This document shows positions 17,091 through 25,621 of a stretch of 28,550 bases of DNA, piece after piece. A model generated the notes under the pieces. It worked only from the letters and a program-made list of their open reading frames with translations, ran no database searches and had not been told where the DNA came from. The stretch is from Bacilli bacterium (lineage in GTDB: Bacteria > Bacillota_I > Bacilli_A > RF39 > UBA660): assembly GCA_900772445.1 (NCBI GenBank), contig CAAHEL010000060.1, positions 1 through 28,550 of the forward strand, given 5' to 3'. Position 1 is the stretch's first letter. The number at the start of each line of letters is the position of its first letter. Position numbers and translations under genes: made by a program.

Positions 17091-18248
17091 ATGTATGATA
17101 TTGATTCGTTAAAAAGAAAAATGTTAATTAAATATCCATTCTTTGGTAGTACAATTACTAATGTAGAATATCAAGAACTATTAGATATAGATACTGCTGC
17201 AACTGATGGAAATAAAATATATTATAATCCTGAATTTTTAGGTGGATTAACTATTGAAGAACAAATATTTATACTAGCTCATGAAGTTTGTCATATTGCT
17301 TTTAATCATATATCAAGAAGAAAAGATAAAGATAAAAATTTATGGAATATTGCTACTGATGCTGTAATTAATCAGTTATTAAAAAAAGATGGATTAAAGA
17401 TGTTAGATGGTTTGATAGATATTCCAGAAGCAATTGATTATGATGCTGAAACATATTATGAAAAATTATTGCAAGAACAAAAAGAAAATCCTGATTTTGA
17501 TAGAAAAGCAGGTAATGATTCTCATGAAATGTGGGAAAATACTGACATAAAAGAAATTGGTAAAACAGATACTTTGGAAAAAGAAGATGATATTAGTGAA
17601 AAAGATGCTTTCAAAAAAAATAGGGAATTAAAAAAGAAGCAATTAGAAGATTTAAAAAGATCTTTAATAAAGGATACTGTTACTAGTAATGAATTTAATA
17701 TGAGTAATGTAGGTGGTGCTAGTTCTTTAATTGATTGGAGATATATTTTAAAAGAAACTATTAATTATGATGTTGACTGGTCTTACAAAAATGCTACTAT
17801 AGAAAATGGAGTAATAACTGCTAATTTGGAAGATAAAGCATTACCAGTAACGGAGATACTTTTAGATACTAGTGGTTCAATAAATGAGGATTTATTAAGG
17901 ACATTTTTAAGAGAATGTAAAAATATTTTAAAGCATTCTAAAGTTTTAGTAGGGTGTTTTGATACAATTTTTTATGGCTTTAAAGAATTAAGAACAGAGC
18001 AAGATATAGATAATATGAGATTTGTTGGTGGTGGAGGAACCAATTTTGATGTTGCAGTAAATGCTTTTTCAAGAAGAAGTGAAAATAAAATTATTTTTAC
18101 AGATGGTGAAGCAAGAATGCCTATAACTCCTGTTAATGCTGTATGGATAGTTTTTGGTAACAGGAAAATTAATCCAAAGGGTGGAAAAGTAATCTATATT
18201 AATGAAGAATTATATAACAATATGAATGTGGTTAATAAAAAAAGATAA
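17091..18248 (+). CDS. Putative metallopeptidase (HExxH, DUF2201_N-like) fused to a vWA-like domain
   Basis: KYPFFG...AATDG...LAHEVCHIAFNH...WNIATDAVINQ (HEVCH at 17280-17294). The C-terminal part has the MIDAS-like LLDTSGS (17865-17879), GGGGTNF and IFTDGEA. A GAGGT RBS overlaps the upstream stop codon. Confidence 0.8.
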   Translation: MYDIDSLKRKMLIKYPFFGSTITNVEYQELLDIDTAATDGNKIYYNPEFLGGLTIEEQIFILAHEVCHIAFNHISRRKDKDKNLWNIATDAVINQLLKKDGLKMLDGLIDIPEAIDYDAETYYEKLLQEQKENPDFDRKAGNDSHEMWENTDIKEIGKTDTLEKEDDISEKDAFKKNRELKKKQLEDLKRSLIKDTVTSNEFNMSNVGGASSLIDWRYILKETINYDVDWSYKNATIENGVITANLEDKALPVTEILLDTSGSINEDLLRTFLRECKNILKHSKVLVGCFDTIFYGFKELRTEQDIDNMRFVGGGGTNFDVAVNAFSRRSENKIIFTDGEARMPITPVNAVWIVFGNRKINPKGGKVIYINEELYNNMNVVNKKR

Positions 18249-18267
18249 GTTACTAGAAATAGTAACT
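18248..18267. terminator. Hairpin exactly between the convergent stops of the vWA gene and gpsA
   Basis: AGTTACTA (18248-18255), GAAA loop, TAGTAACT (18260-18267). The flanking U-tracts are short. Confidence 0.5.
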
Positions 18268-18268
18268 T

Positions 18269-19243
18269 TTAATCTTTTGTAATTAAGAAACTTGCTAATT
18301 TATCAGGGTCAGTTTCTTTAAAAATAATATTATATATTAAATCAATTATAGGCATTTTTACTTTTTTTCTTCTTAATAATTTATAAATAGATTTTAGAGT
18401 ATATAATCCTTCGATAGTGGTATTATTAATATAATTATCAATTTCTTCTTTTGGTTTTCTTTCTCCAATCATTTTCCCTAAAGTATAATTTCTACTTTTG
18501 GTACTAGTGCAAGTAAGAAGTAAATCTCCAAAACCTGCAAAAGATAATATTGTTTTTTTATTGCCACCAAGTGCTTTAATAAGATTTTTAATATCATTTA
18601 ATGATTTAGTTATAAACATACAACTAGTGGAATCTGGATAACCTAAACCAGATAACATTCCTGAAGCAATAGCAATAACATTTTTTATTGAACCACATAT
18701 TTCAATACCTATAATATCATTTGTTGTTCTTAGTTTTAAATATTTATTTTCTAATGCTTCTTTTACTATGAGGGAAGTATTTTTATTTCTTGTAGCAAGT
18801 GATAATCCAAGTGGACAATTATTAAACATATCAATTGCAAAAGTACCACCAGAAATTACTGCTAATTTTTTGGTTTTAATATATTTTTCTACAACGCTAC
18901 TTACAAATAAGCAACTATTTTGTTCTATACCTTTACTAGCAATACAAATATGCATATCTTTTTTATAATATTTTGCTAATTGTTTGCTAACTTCATTTAC
19001 TGCTCCAGCAGGAACAGCAATTATAATTAATTTACTTTTATTTACTGCTTCTTCCATATTAAAAGTATATTTAAAATTACTAGGTAATTTAATATTAGGA
19101 AGTACCTTTGCTTTATTTTCTTTTTGCAAATAAGTTATTTCTTCTTCAAATTTAGACCATAAAATTATTTCATTATTATTTTGATTAAGCATATTTGCTA
19201 GTGCTAGTCCATATGCTCCAGTTCCTAAAACAGTTACTCTCAT
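18269..19243 (-). CDS. gpsA: NAD(P)H-dependent glycerol-3-phosphate dehydrogenase
   Basis: MRVTVLGTGAYGLALA Rossmann motif with typical GpsA length and core motifs (GSIKNVIAIASG, TCTSTKSRNYTLG). Confidence 0.92.
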   Translation of the reverse strand: MRVTVLGTGAYGLALANMLNQNNNEIILWSKFEEEITYLQKENKAKVLPNIKLPSNFKYTFNMEEAVNKSKLIIIAVPAGAVNEVSKQLAKYYKKDMHICIASKGIEQNSCLFVSSVVEKYIKTKKLAVISGGTFAIDMFNNCPLGLSLATRNKNTSLIVKEALENKYLKLRTTNDIIGIEICGSIKNVIAIASGMLSGLGYPDSTSCMFITKSLNDIKNLIKALGGNKKTILSFAGFGDLLLTCTSTKSRNYTLGKMIGERKPKEEIDNYINNTTIEGLYTLKSIYKLLRRKKVKMPIIDLIYNIIFKETDPDKLASFLITKD

Positions 19244-19246
19244 AAT

Positions 19247-19564
19247 CTACCTTCTTTCTCCAACTTTTGTATTAATTTTAATATTAAAATAATTTACGGG
19301 TGTTTCATATACTTTATAAACGTTTTTTTTAGGTAATATTATTTTATTTTTAGAAAGATTATTATAATAATATAGTATTTCATTATTTTTATTACACATT
19401 ATTACATCAATATTTTCTTTCATAAAAAAAGTATGAATACTATTACATTTATTAAAAAGTAGGGCGTTATCAATATTTTTTTTAAACATAAAGCCTTTTA
19501 GTCTAGTAAAAAAACTTTTACATTCAGTTAAATTTATTTCTTTATTTTCGTATATTAATTTCAT
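19247..19564 (-). CDS. DUF192 domain-containing protein
   Basis: LKGFMF...LLFNKCNSIHTFFMKENIDVI...YETPVN matches my recollection of the DUF192 pattern. Confidence 0.55.
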   Translation of the reverse strand: MKLIYENKEINLTECKSFFTRLKGFMFKKNIDNALLFNKCNSIHTFFMKENIDVIMCNKNNEILYYYNNLSKNKIILPKKNVYKVYETPVNYFNIKINTKVGERR

Positions 19565-19596
19565 TTTATCACCATATTTATATTATACTAAAATTA

Positions 19597-19625
19597 TTGT
19601 AAATAGTAAATATTTATGATATTAT
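19597..19625 (+). promoter_or_regulatory. Sigma-A-type promoter of the pilin-like gene / lspA-rluD unit
   Basis: TTGTAA (19597-19602), 17-nt spacer, TATTAT (19620-19625). Confidence 0.5.
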
Positions 19626-19649
19626 ATTAATGTAAGAAAGAGGATAGAA

Positions 19650-20177
19650 ATGAGAAAAAAATTGAATAATAAAGGTTTTACTTTAATTGAATTACTTGCT
19701 ACTATTGTTATACTTGGAATAGTATCTACGGTGGTGGTGGTATCTGTAACAGGGTATTTAAATAATAGTAAGAAAACGACTGAAAATGCATTTATTATGC
19801 AACTTGAAGATTCTATCGAAGGTTATGTTTCTTTATATGCTAGTAAAGACTTGAAGTTTTCTTTATATGATGAGAGTAATAAGTATCAAAAGTGTTATAA
19901 AGAAGGTAATAGTAATAAATGTTATGATGTTGTTATTTATAAGGGAATGGTATCTGGTACAAATAATATACCTACATTAAGTGTACTAAAAAGTAAAAAT
20001 ATTATTAATAATGAATTAGTTAATCCAATAAATAAAAAGAGTTGTGATATAGATAATACTTCTTTAGAAATATATAGGGATTCTGATTATGTTTATTGTT
20101 TTAAGGTAAATACTATTAATTGTATAGATAAAACTAATGTTATTGATACTTGTTCTAGTTTATATATAGAAAGATAG
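19650..20177 (+). CDS. Type IV pilin / pseudopilin-like protein (prepilin-type N-terminal cleavage/methylation domain)
   Basis: Canonical class III signal peptide MRKKLNNKG/FTLIELLATIVILGIV with Glu at +5. AGAGGA RBS. Confidence 0.85.
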   Translation: MRKKLNNKGFTLIELLATIVILGIVSTVVVVSVTGYLNNSKKTTENAFIMQLEDSIEGYVSLYASKDLKFSLYDESNKYQKCYKEGNSNKCYDVVIYKGMVSGTNNIPTLSVLKSKNIINNELVNPINKKSCDIDNTSLEIYRDSDYVYCFKVNTINCIDKTNVIDTCSSLYIER

Positions 20178-20181
20178 GGAT

Positions 20182-20652
20182 ATGATGCAAAAGATAATTA
20201 AAATAACAAGTAGTTTATTATTAATTGATATACTTATAAAATTATTAGTAAAAAATAATATGTTAGTAAATGAAAGTATAAAAATAATTAATAACTTTTT
20301 TTATATTACTTATGTAAAAAATACTGGGGCAGCGTGGAGTATTTTAAGTGGGAAACAAACTTTTTTGATAATATTTAGTATTATAGTTATTGCTTTAATT
20401 ATTTTTTATTTAGTTAAGAAAAAGAGTTATTTAAATTTAGAGGTTATTGGTTATAGTTTACTTTTATCTGGGGCACTTGGTAATTTAATTGATAGAATAC
20501 TTTATGGATATGTTATAGATTATTTTAGTTTTTATATATTTAGTTATAGTTTTCCTATATTTAATTTTGCAGACTCTTGCATTGTTATAGGAATTGTGTT
20601 ATTATTTATAAGTTCGTGGAGGGATAGTAATGTTATTCGAAGTAGAAAATGA
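20182..20652 (+). CDS. lspA: Lipoprotein signal peptidase II
   Basis: Four-TM protein with NTGAAWS and FNFAD motifs. It is followed by rluD, as in other Bacillota. Confidence 0.9.
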   Translation: MMQKIIKITSSLLLIDILIKLLVKNNMLVNESIKIINNFFYITYVKNTGAAWSILSGKQTFLIIFSIIVIALIIFYLVKKKSYLNLEVIGYSLLLSGALGNLIDRILYGYVIDYFSFYIFSYSFPIFNFADSCIVIGIVLLFISSWRDSNVIRSRK

Positions 20653-21523
20653 TGGTATTAGAATAGATAAATATTTAATGGATAAGTTAGATGTTAGTCG
20701 TAGTAAGATACAAAAATTAATTGATAATGATAATATACTTGTTAATGATAAGAAAGTTAAATCTAGTTATATTTTAAAAAGTGATGATATAATTAATGTT
20801 AATATGGATATGGATGATGAAGTGCATATAGTGCCAGAGGATATTCCACTTGATATTGTTTATGAAGATGAATACTTACTTGTTGTAAATAAACCTAGTG
20901 GTATGGTAGTTCATCCAGCACCTGGTAATTATTCAAATACTTTAGTTAATGCTTTGATGTATCATTGTAATAAATTAAGTGGAGTAAATGGTAGTATTAG
21001 ACCTGGAATAGTTCATAGAATTGATGCAGATACTTCAGGACTTTTATTGGTTGCTAAAAATGATTTAGTACATAATGATTTAGCTAAACAAATTAAAGAA
21101 AAAACTGTTAAAAGGGAATATATTGCTTTAGTTCACGGAATAATTAATGAGGATTCTGCAACAATAGATGCTCCGATAGGAAGAGATGTTAATAATCGTA
21201 AGAAAATGGCGGTAACTGCTGATAATTCTAAGGATGCTGTAACTCATATATTTGTTTTAGAAAGATTAAATAATGCTACATTAATTAAATGTGTTTTGGA
21301 AACTGGTCGTACTCATCAAATAAGGGTACATTTAAACTATATTAATCATCCAATTGTAAATGACCCAGTATATGGATTAAAAAAGCAAGAAAATAGTTCT
21401 TTCGGACAAATGTTACACGCTAAAACTATTGGTTTTATTCATCCGATTACTAAAGAGTATATGGAATTTTCTAGTGAAGTACCACAGGAATTTACAGATA
21501 TAGTTAACAAATATAGAAAATAA
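20630..21523 (+). CDS. rluD: 23S rRNA pseudouridine synthase, RluA/RluD family
   Basis: N-terminal S4 domain, HRIDADTSGLLLVAK (catalytic Asp) and GRTHQIRVH. GGAGGG RBS. Overlaps the end of lspA. Confidence 0.9.
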   Translation: MLFEVENDGIRIDKYLMDKLDVSRSKIQKLIDNDNILVNDKKVKSSYILKSDDIINVNMDMDDEVHIVPEDIPLDIVYEDEYLLVVNKPSGMVVHPAPGNYSNTLVNALMYHCNKLSGVNGSIRPGIVHRIDADTSGLLLVAKNDLVHNDLAKQIKEKTVKREYIALVHGIINEDSATIDAPIGRDVNNRKKMAVTADNSKDAVTHIFVLERLNNATLIKCVLETGRTHQIRVHLNYINHPIVNDPVYGLKKQENSSFGQMLHAKTIGFIHPITKEYMEFSSEVPQEFTDIVNKYRK

Positions 21524-21573
21524 CTTTAAAATTATTAAAAAATTTAGTATAATATGTATAAAGAAGGGATTTT

Positions 21574-22695
21574 ATGCAAGATATAATTATTAATGATAAA
21601 GATTTATTTGTTATGAAATTAGTTCATTATTTTATAACAGAAAAGAATTATAATCCAGTAATTATTCACGGAATTAATGATGAAATATGGTTAGAAAATT
21701 TAGATAATGATTATAAATTAATTAGAATAGTTTCTCATCATATTCATAATAATGAACAATTAGGTTATGATAAGTTTAAATTAAATCAAATTACTAAGAA
21801 ATTAAAAGTAAAGACTTTATCTTTAAAAATGAATGTTTTAAATATTTATACGGATATTGGAGATACTGTTAATCTTGAAGATAAAGATGTTTTTGTAAAA
21901 ACAGAAAAAGATATTAAGAATGATACTTTAATAGAAATATTTCCTGATATTGTTGAAAAAACTAAACATAGTGAAAATGGGATAGATTTATTTTTAAAAA
22001 TGACTGATGGAATAAATGATACAACAATGAAAAAAAATAAAATTGCTGATAAGATATTTACTAAGAAATATCCTTTTGTTACTTATTTAATAATTGGTGT
22101 TAATTTACTTATTTATTTATTTATGGTTTTAAGTGGGGAATATAACAAGATAATTAGTAGTTATGGTATGTTTACTCCAGCGATTATGAATGGGGAATAT
22201 TATAGATTATTTACTTGTATGTTTTTACATGGAGGAATAATACATTTAGGATGTAATATGTATGCTTTATATGTTTTAGGACCTCAAATAGAAAGTTTCT
22301 TTGGTAAATGGAAGTATTTATTTATTTATATAGTTAGTGGATTATGTGGAAGTATTTTATCTATGACTTTTAATGGTAACTCTATTTCAATTGGGGCTTC
22401 TGGAGCAATATTTGGTTTACTTGGTTCAATGTTATATTTTGGTTATTATTATAGACCATATTTAGGTAATGTTGTAAGAAGTCAAATAATTCCAATTATT
22501 ATTTTAAATCTTGGTTTAGGATTTATGTTAAATGGAGTAGATAATCTAGGACATATTGGAGGATTAATCGGGGGAGTTCTTACTTCGATGATTATGGGAG
22601 TACCAGATAAAGAAAATAAATTAGATAAAACTAATGGAATAATTATTCTAATAATTTATATAGCATTTTTATTCTATTTGACAATGGGAAGGTAA
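21574..22695 (+). CDS. Rhomboid family intramembrane serine protease with a cytoplasmic N-terminal domain (YqgP/GluP-type architecture)
   Basis: HLGCNM (HxxxN), GASGAIFG (catalytic Ser) and GHIGGLIGG (catalytic His), preceded by a soluble region of about 170 aa. Confidence 0.85.
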   Translation: MQDIIINDKDLFVMKLVHYFITEKNYNPVIIHGINDEIWLENLDNDYKLIRIVSHHIHNNEQLGYDKFKLNQITKKLKVKTLSLKMNVLNIYTDIGDTVNLEDKDVFVKTEKDIKNDTLIEIFPDIVEKTKHSENGIDLFLKMTDGINDTTMKKNKIADKIFTKKYPFVTYLIIGVNLLIYLFMVLSGEYNKIISSYGMFTPAIMNGEYYRLFTCMFLHGGIIHLGCNMYALYVLGPQIESFFGKWKYLFIYIVSGLCGSILSMTFNGNSISIGASGAIFGLLGSMLYFGYYYRPYLGNVVRSQIIPIIILNLGLGFMLNGVDNLGHIGGLIGGVLTSMIMGVPDKENKLDKTNGIIILIIYIAFLFYLTMGR

Positions 22696-22712
22696 TACCT
22701 TTCTTTTTTTTT
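22687..22712 (+). terminator. Intrinsic terminator after the rhomboid gene
   Basis: GGAAGGT (22687-22693) pairs with ACCTTTC (22697-22703) with one G-U and a 3-nt loop, followed by T9. Confidence 0.6.
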
Positions 22713-22770
22713 AAAATTATGGACTATGTATTTAGAGTATGATATAATTTTTATGAAAAGAGATGATTTT

Positions 22771-23931
22771 ATGTATAGAAATACTTATGCAGTAATAGAT
22801 TTAGATGTACTAAAAAATAATATAGTTAATATAAAAAAAGAATACCCAGATTATGAATATTATTTTGGTGTAGTAAAGGGAAATGCTTACGGACATGGGA
22901 GTTATATTGTTAATACTTTAATTGAAGCAGGTATTAATTATTTAGCGGTATCTTCTTTGGAAGAAGCACTTGATGTAAGAAGTTATAATAAAGATATTCC
23001 TATCTTGATTTTAGAACCTATTAAAATTAAATATTTAGAGGTATGTATAGAAAATAATATAACTATTACTTTATCTGATTATTCTTATTATAGAGAGTTA
23101 TTAGATTTTAAAGATAAAGATAAATTAAAAGTTCATTTAAAAGTAGAAACTGGAATGAATAGAATAGGGATAGATAATAAAGAAGAAATAACAGAAATAG
23201 TAAATGATAAAAAAATATTTATCGAAGGAATATATACTCATTTTGCTACAAGTGGGATAAATGATAGGTATTGGGATATGCAACTTAATAATTTTAGAGA
23301 GTTAACTAGTGATATTGATTTATCTAAAATAAAAATAGTTCATTTAGGAAGAAGTATGACTTTAACTAGTCATAAAAAAATAGATATAGCAAATGGTATA
23401 AGACTAGGTATTGTAATGTATGGATTTAATAATAAAATACTTCCTGGTAGTGGTATTAAAAATAAATTAAGGGAATTAAAAAATAAATATAAAAGAAAGA
23501 AAGAAAATATTAGTGAAACTATTACTACAAATCTAGAAGTTAATACGGCTTTTAGTTTATATTCTGAAGTTATACAAGTAAAACAAGTAAAAAAAGGTGA
23601 TATTGTTGGATATGGGGCAAGTTATATTTTAAATGAAGATGCTTATCTTGCTACTGTATCTATTGGATATTATGATGGTGTATCTGGTTTTAAAAGGGTA
23701 GTAATTAATGGTAAAATATATAATATTGTCGGAGATATTTGTATGGATATGTTAATGGTTAAGGTAGACTCTAGTGTAAAAGTTGGGGATAAGGTTTGTT
23801 TACTTGGTAATGAATTATCTGTAAAAAGTGTTTGTAGGGATACTCACGTTAATGCTTATAAACTTCTTACTAGGATATCTAATAGGGTACCTAGAATATA
23901 TAAAAAGGATGGTAAGATAATAAAAAAATAA
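22771..23931 (+). CDS. alr: Alanine racemase
   Basis: VVKGNAYGHG (PLP lysine), THFA, VGYG and the C-terminal CMDMLMV motif. Start moved to the ATG at 22771 (MYRNTYAVIDL). Confidence 0.9.
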   Translation: MYRNTYAVIDLDVLKNNIVNIKKEYPDYEYYFGVVKGNAYGHGSYIVNTLIEAGINYLAVSSLEEALDVRSYNKDIPILILEPIKIKYLEVCIENNITITLSDYSYYRELLDFKDKDKLKVHLKVETGMNRIGIDNKEEITEIVNDKKIFIEGIYTHFATSGINDRYWDMQLNNFRELTSDIDLSKIKIVHLGRSMTLTSHKKIDIANGIRLGIVMYGFNNKILPGSGIKNKLRELKNKYKRKKENISETITTNLEVNTAFSLYSEVIQVKQVKKGDIVGYGASYILNEDAYLATVSIGYYDGVSGFKRVVINGKIYNIVGDICMDMLMVKVDSSVKVGDKVCLLGNELSVKSVCRDTHVNAYKLLTRISNRVPRIYKKDGKIIKK

Positions 23932-23954
23932 AACTTTAAACGAGTTTTATTTTT
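23924..23954. terminator. AU-rich bidirectional hairpin overlapping the convergent alr and flippase stop codons
   Basis: AAAAATAAAACT pairs with AGTTTTATTTTT around a 7-nt loop, with a single G-C pair. Confidence 0.4.
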
Positions 23955-25552
23955 CTTAATATTTTTACTATTTTATCTGGAAGTATTAGGGATAAATAAT
24001 TTTTATTTAATCTAATATAGATAGGTACAGTAGTTATTCCTAGAATAATTATATTAAATATTTGGATTATTCTTCTTGGACTATTAATAGGAAGAATTAA
24101 TGATATTAATTTATCTATAATTATTAATACTAATATTCTTAATATTACTTTAGGTAATAAATTTAGTGTTTCGTTATAATTAAAATTAAGTTCTTTTTTT
24201 AGTGATTTAAAGGAAATAATAAGGGAAGTAATTAAACCTAAGAAAGTTGCTAATATTGCTCCATAAAATGCTTCAGAATGTAATATATTAAATACATACA
24301 TAAGAGGAATATCTAATACTAAATTAATTACGATACCAGATATTACACTAGTAAATAATATTTTATATTTACTTAAACTTTGCAATAGGGAATTAACTAT
24401 AATATATAAACTATCAATAATAGTAAGTAAGATATTACATTTAATAATTAATGGTCCATATTTACTTTTTCCATAAAAGATAGTCCATATTGAAGTAGCG
24501 TTAATACTAATAAATATTGCAATAGGTACAATTATTAATAAGACTATTTTTAAGCATTTATTAAATATTTTATTTACACCATCATTATCTTTTTCTACAT
24601 ATAAACTAACAATATGAGGTATTAAACTAATAATTAAACCATTAGCAATGGCAATAACAATTGAATTTATTTTAGGTCCCCAAGTAGTAAAAACAGAACT
24701 AATGGTTTCAACATCTTTTCCAATATAGTCTAATTTAGGTAGGGTTCTTAACATTAAAATCATATCTGTTGAACTATATATTTGATTAGCACAACTAATT
24801 ACAATGAAAGGAATAGAGTAGGCAATGATTTTTTTTATTATTTCTTTATTTGTTATTTTAGATTCGTTTATTTCTTTTGGTTTTAGTTTATCTTTATTTT
24901 TTCTAGTTACATTAAGTAAATAAAGATATGCTGATAATCCTCCGATACAAGAAGCAAAGACACTTACTCCGATGGCAGTTCTTAAAGATAAGTTAAATAC
25001 TTTTAGGGTTAAATAACTACCAGATAATATTATAACAACTCTTACTACTTGTTCGATTACTTGACTAATTGAAGGTTCTTTAATATATTTATGTCCTTGT
25101 AGATAACCTCGCATTATTGAAAGAAGAGGTACAACAAGAAGGGCAAAAGAGACCATTCTTATAGTGAAACTAACATCTTGGATAGTATTACCATTTTCTA
25201 TATTACCAATGATTAAACTCGCTATTTGTGGTGCAAAAATAAAACAAATTAGAAAACATAAAATAGAGAATACTAAAATACATCTTTTAGATAGTTTATA
25301 TAATCTTATTTTTTCGTTATATAATTTTAAGGTATTATATTCGCTAGTTAATTTACTTATTGCTAGTGGAAATCCTATTGTAGATATGGTTAAAAAGAAA
25401 TTATATATTGTATAAGAGTATCCATATAATGCTCCCCCTTGTTCTCCGATAATACTATAAAAAGGAATAACGTAAATTATTCCTAATATTTTTGTAAAAA
25501 TAATTGCTGCGGTGGCAATAAAAGCACCTTCTAAAAAGTTAGATTTTTTCAT
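23936..25552 (-). CDS. murJ: MOP-superfamily lipid II / oligosaccharide flippase (MurJ, YtgP-type)
   Basis: 538-aa protein with about 14 TM helices. The N-terminus LEGAFIATAAIIFTKILGIIYVIPFYSIIGEQGGALYGYSYTIY...GFPLAISKLTSEY resembles B. subtilis YtgP-type MurJ. Confidence 0.7.
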   Translation of the reverse strand: MKKSNFLEGAFIATAAIIFTKILGIIYVIPFYSIIGEQGGALYGYSYTIYNFFLTISTIGFPLAISKLTSEYNTLKLYNEKIRLYKLSKRCILVFSILCFLICFIFAPQIASLIIGNIENGNTIQDVSFTIRMVSFALLVVPLLSIMRGYLQGHKYIKEPSISQVIEQVVRVVIILSGSYLTLKVFNLSLRTAIGVSVFASCIGGLSAYLYLLNVTRKNKDKLKPKEINESKITNKEIIKKIIAYSIPFIVISCANQIYSSTDMILMLRTLPKLDYIGKDVETISSVFTTWGPKINSIVIAIANGLIISLIPHIVSLYVEKDNDGVNKIFNKCLKIVLLIIVPIAIFISINATSIWTIFYGKSKYGPLIIKCNILLTIIDSLYIIVNSLLQSLSKYKILFTSVISGIVINLVLDIPLMYVFNILHSEAFYGAILATFLGLITSLIISFKSLKKELNFNYNETLNLLPKVILRILVLIIIDKLISLILPINSPRRIIQIFNIIILGITTVPIYIRLNKNYLSLILPDKIVKILRKIKLV

Positions 25553-25621
25553 TTATATCCTCCTTGCTATATATAAATTATATCTTTAATAGATAATTAT
25601 TGCAAGGATAAATTATAATTT

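Noticed and set aside
14747-18268. Three-gene ATPase module as a classical mobile element or prophage remnant
   Set aside because: I found no integrase, transposase, flanking direct or inverted repeats, or tRNA target, and the base composition matches the surrounding genes. Horizontal origin remains possible but cannot be shown from this window.
18768-18968. Plus-strand 66-aa ORF inside gpsA
   Set aside because: It is an antisense shadow of a well-supported gpsA reading frame.
25164-25415. Plus-strand 83-aa ORF inside the murJ-type flippase gene
   Set aside because: It is an antisense shadow of a long polytopic membrane protein gene, with no independent support.
25553-25621. CCTTGC...GCAAGG pairing that could sequester the murJ RBS (GCAAGGAGG)
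   Set aside because: The stem is only 6 bp and closes a loop of about 34 nt of AT-rich sequence. That is too weak to call a regulatory structure without comparative support.
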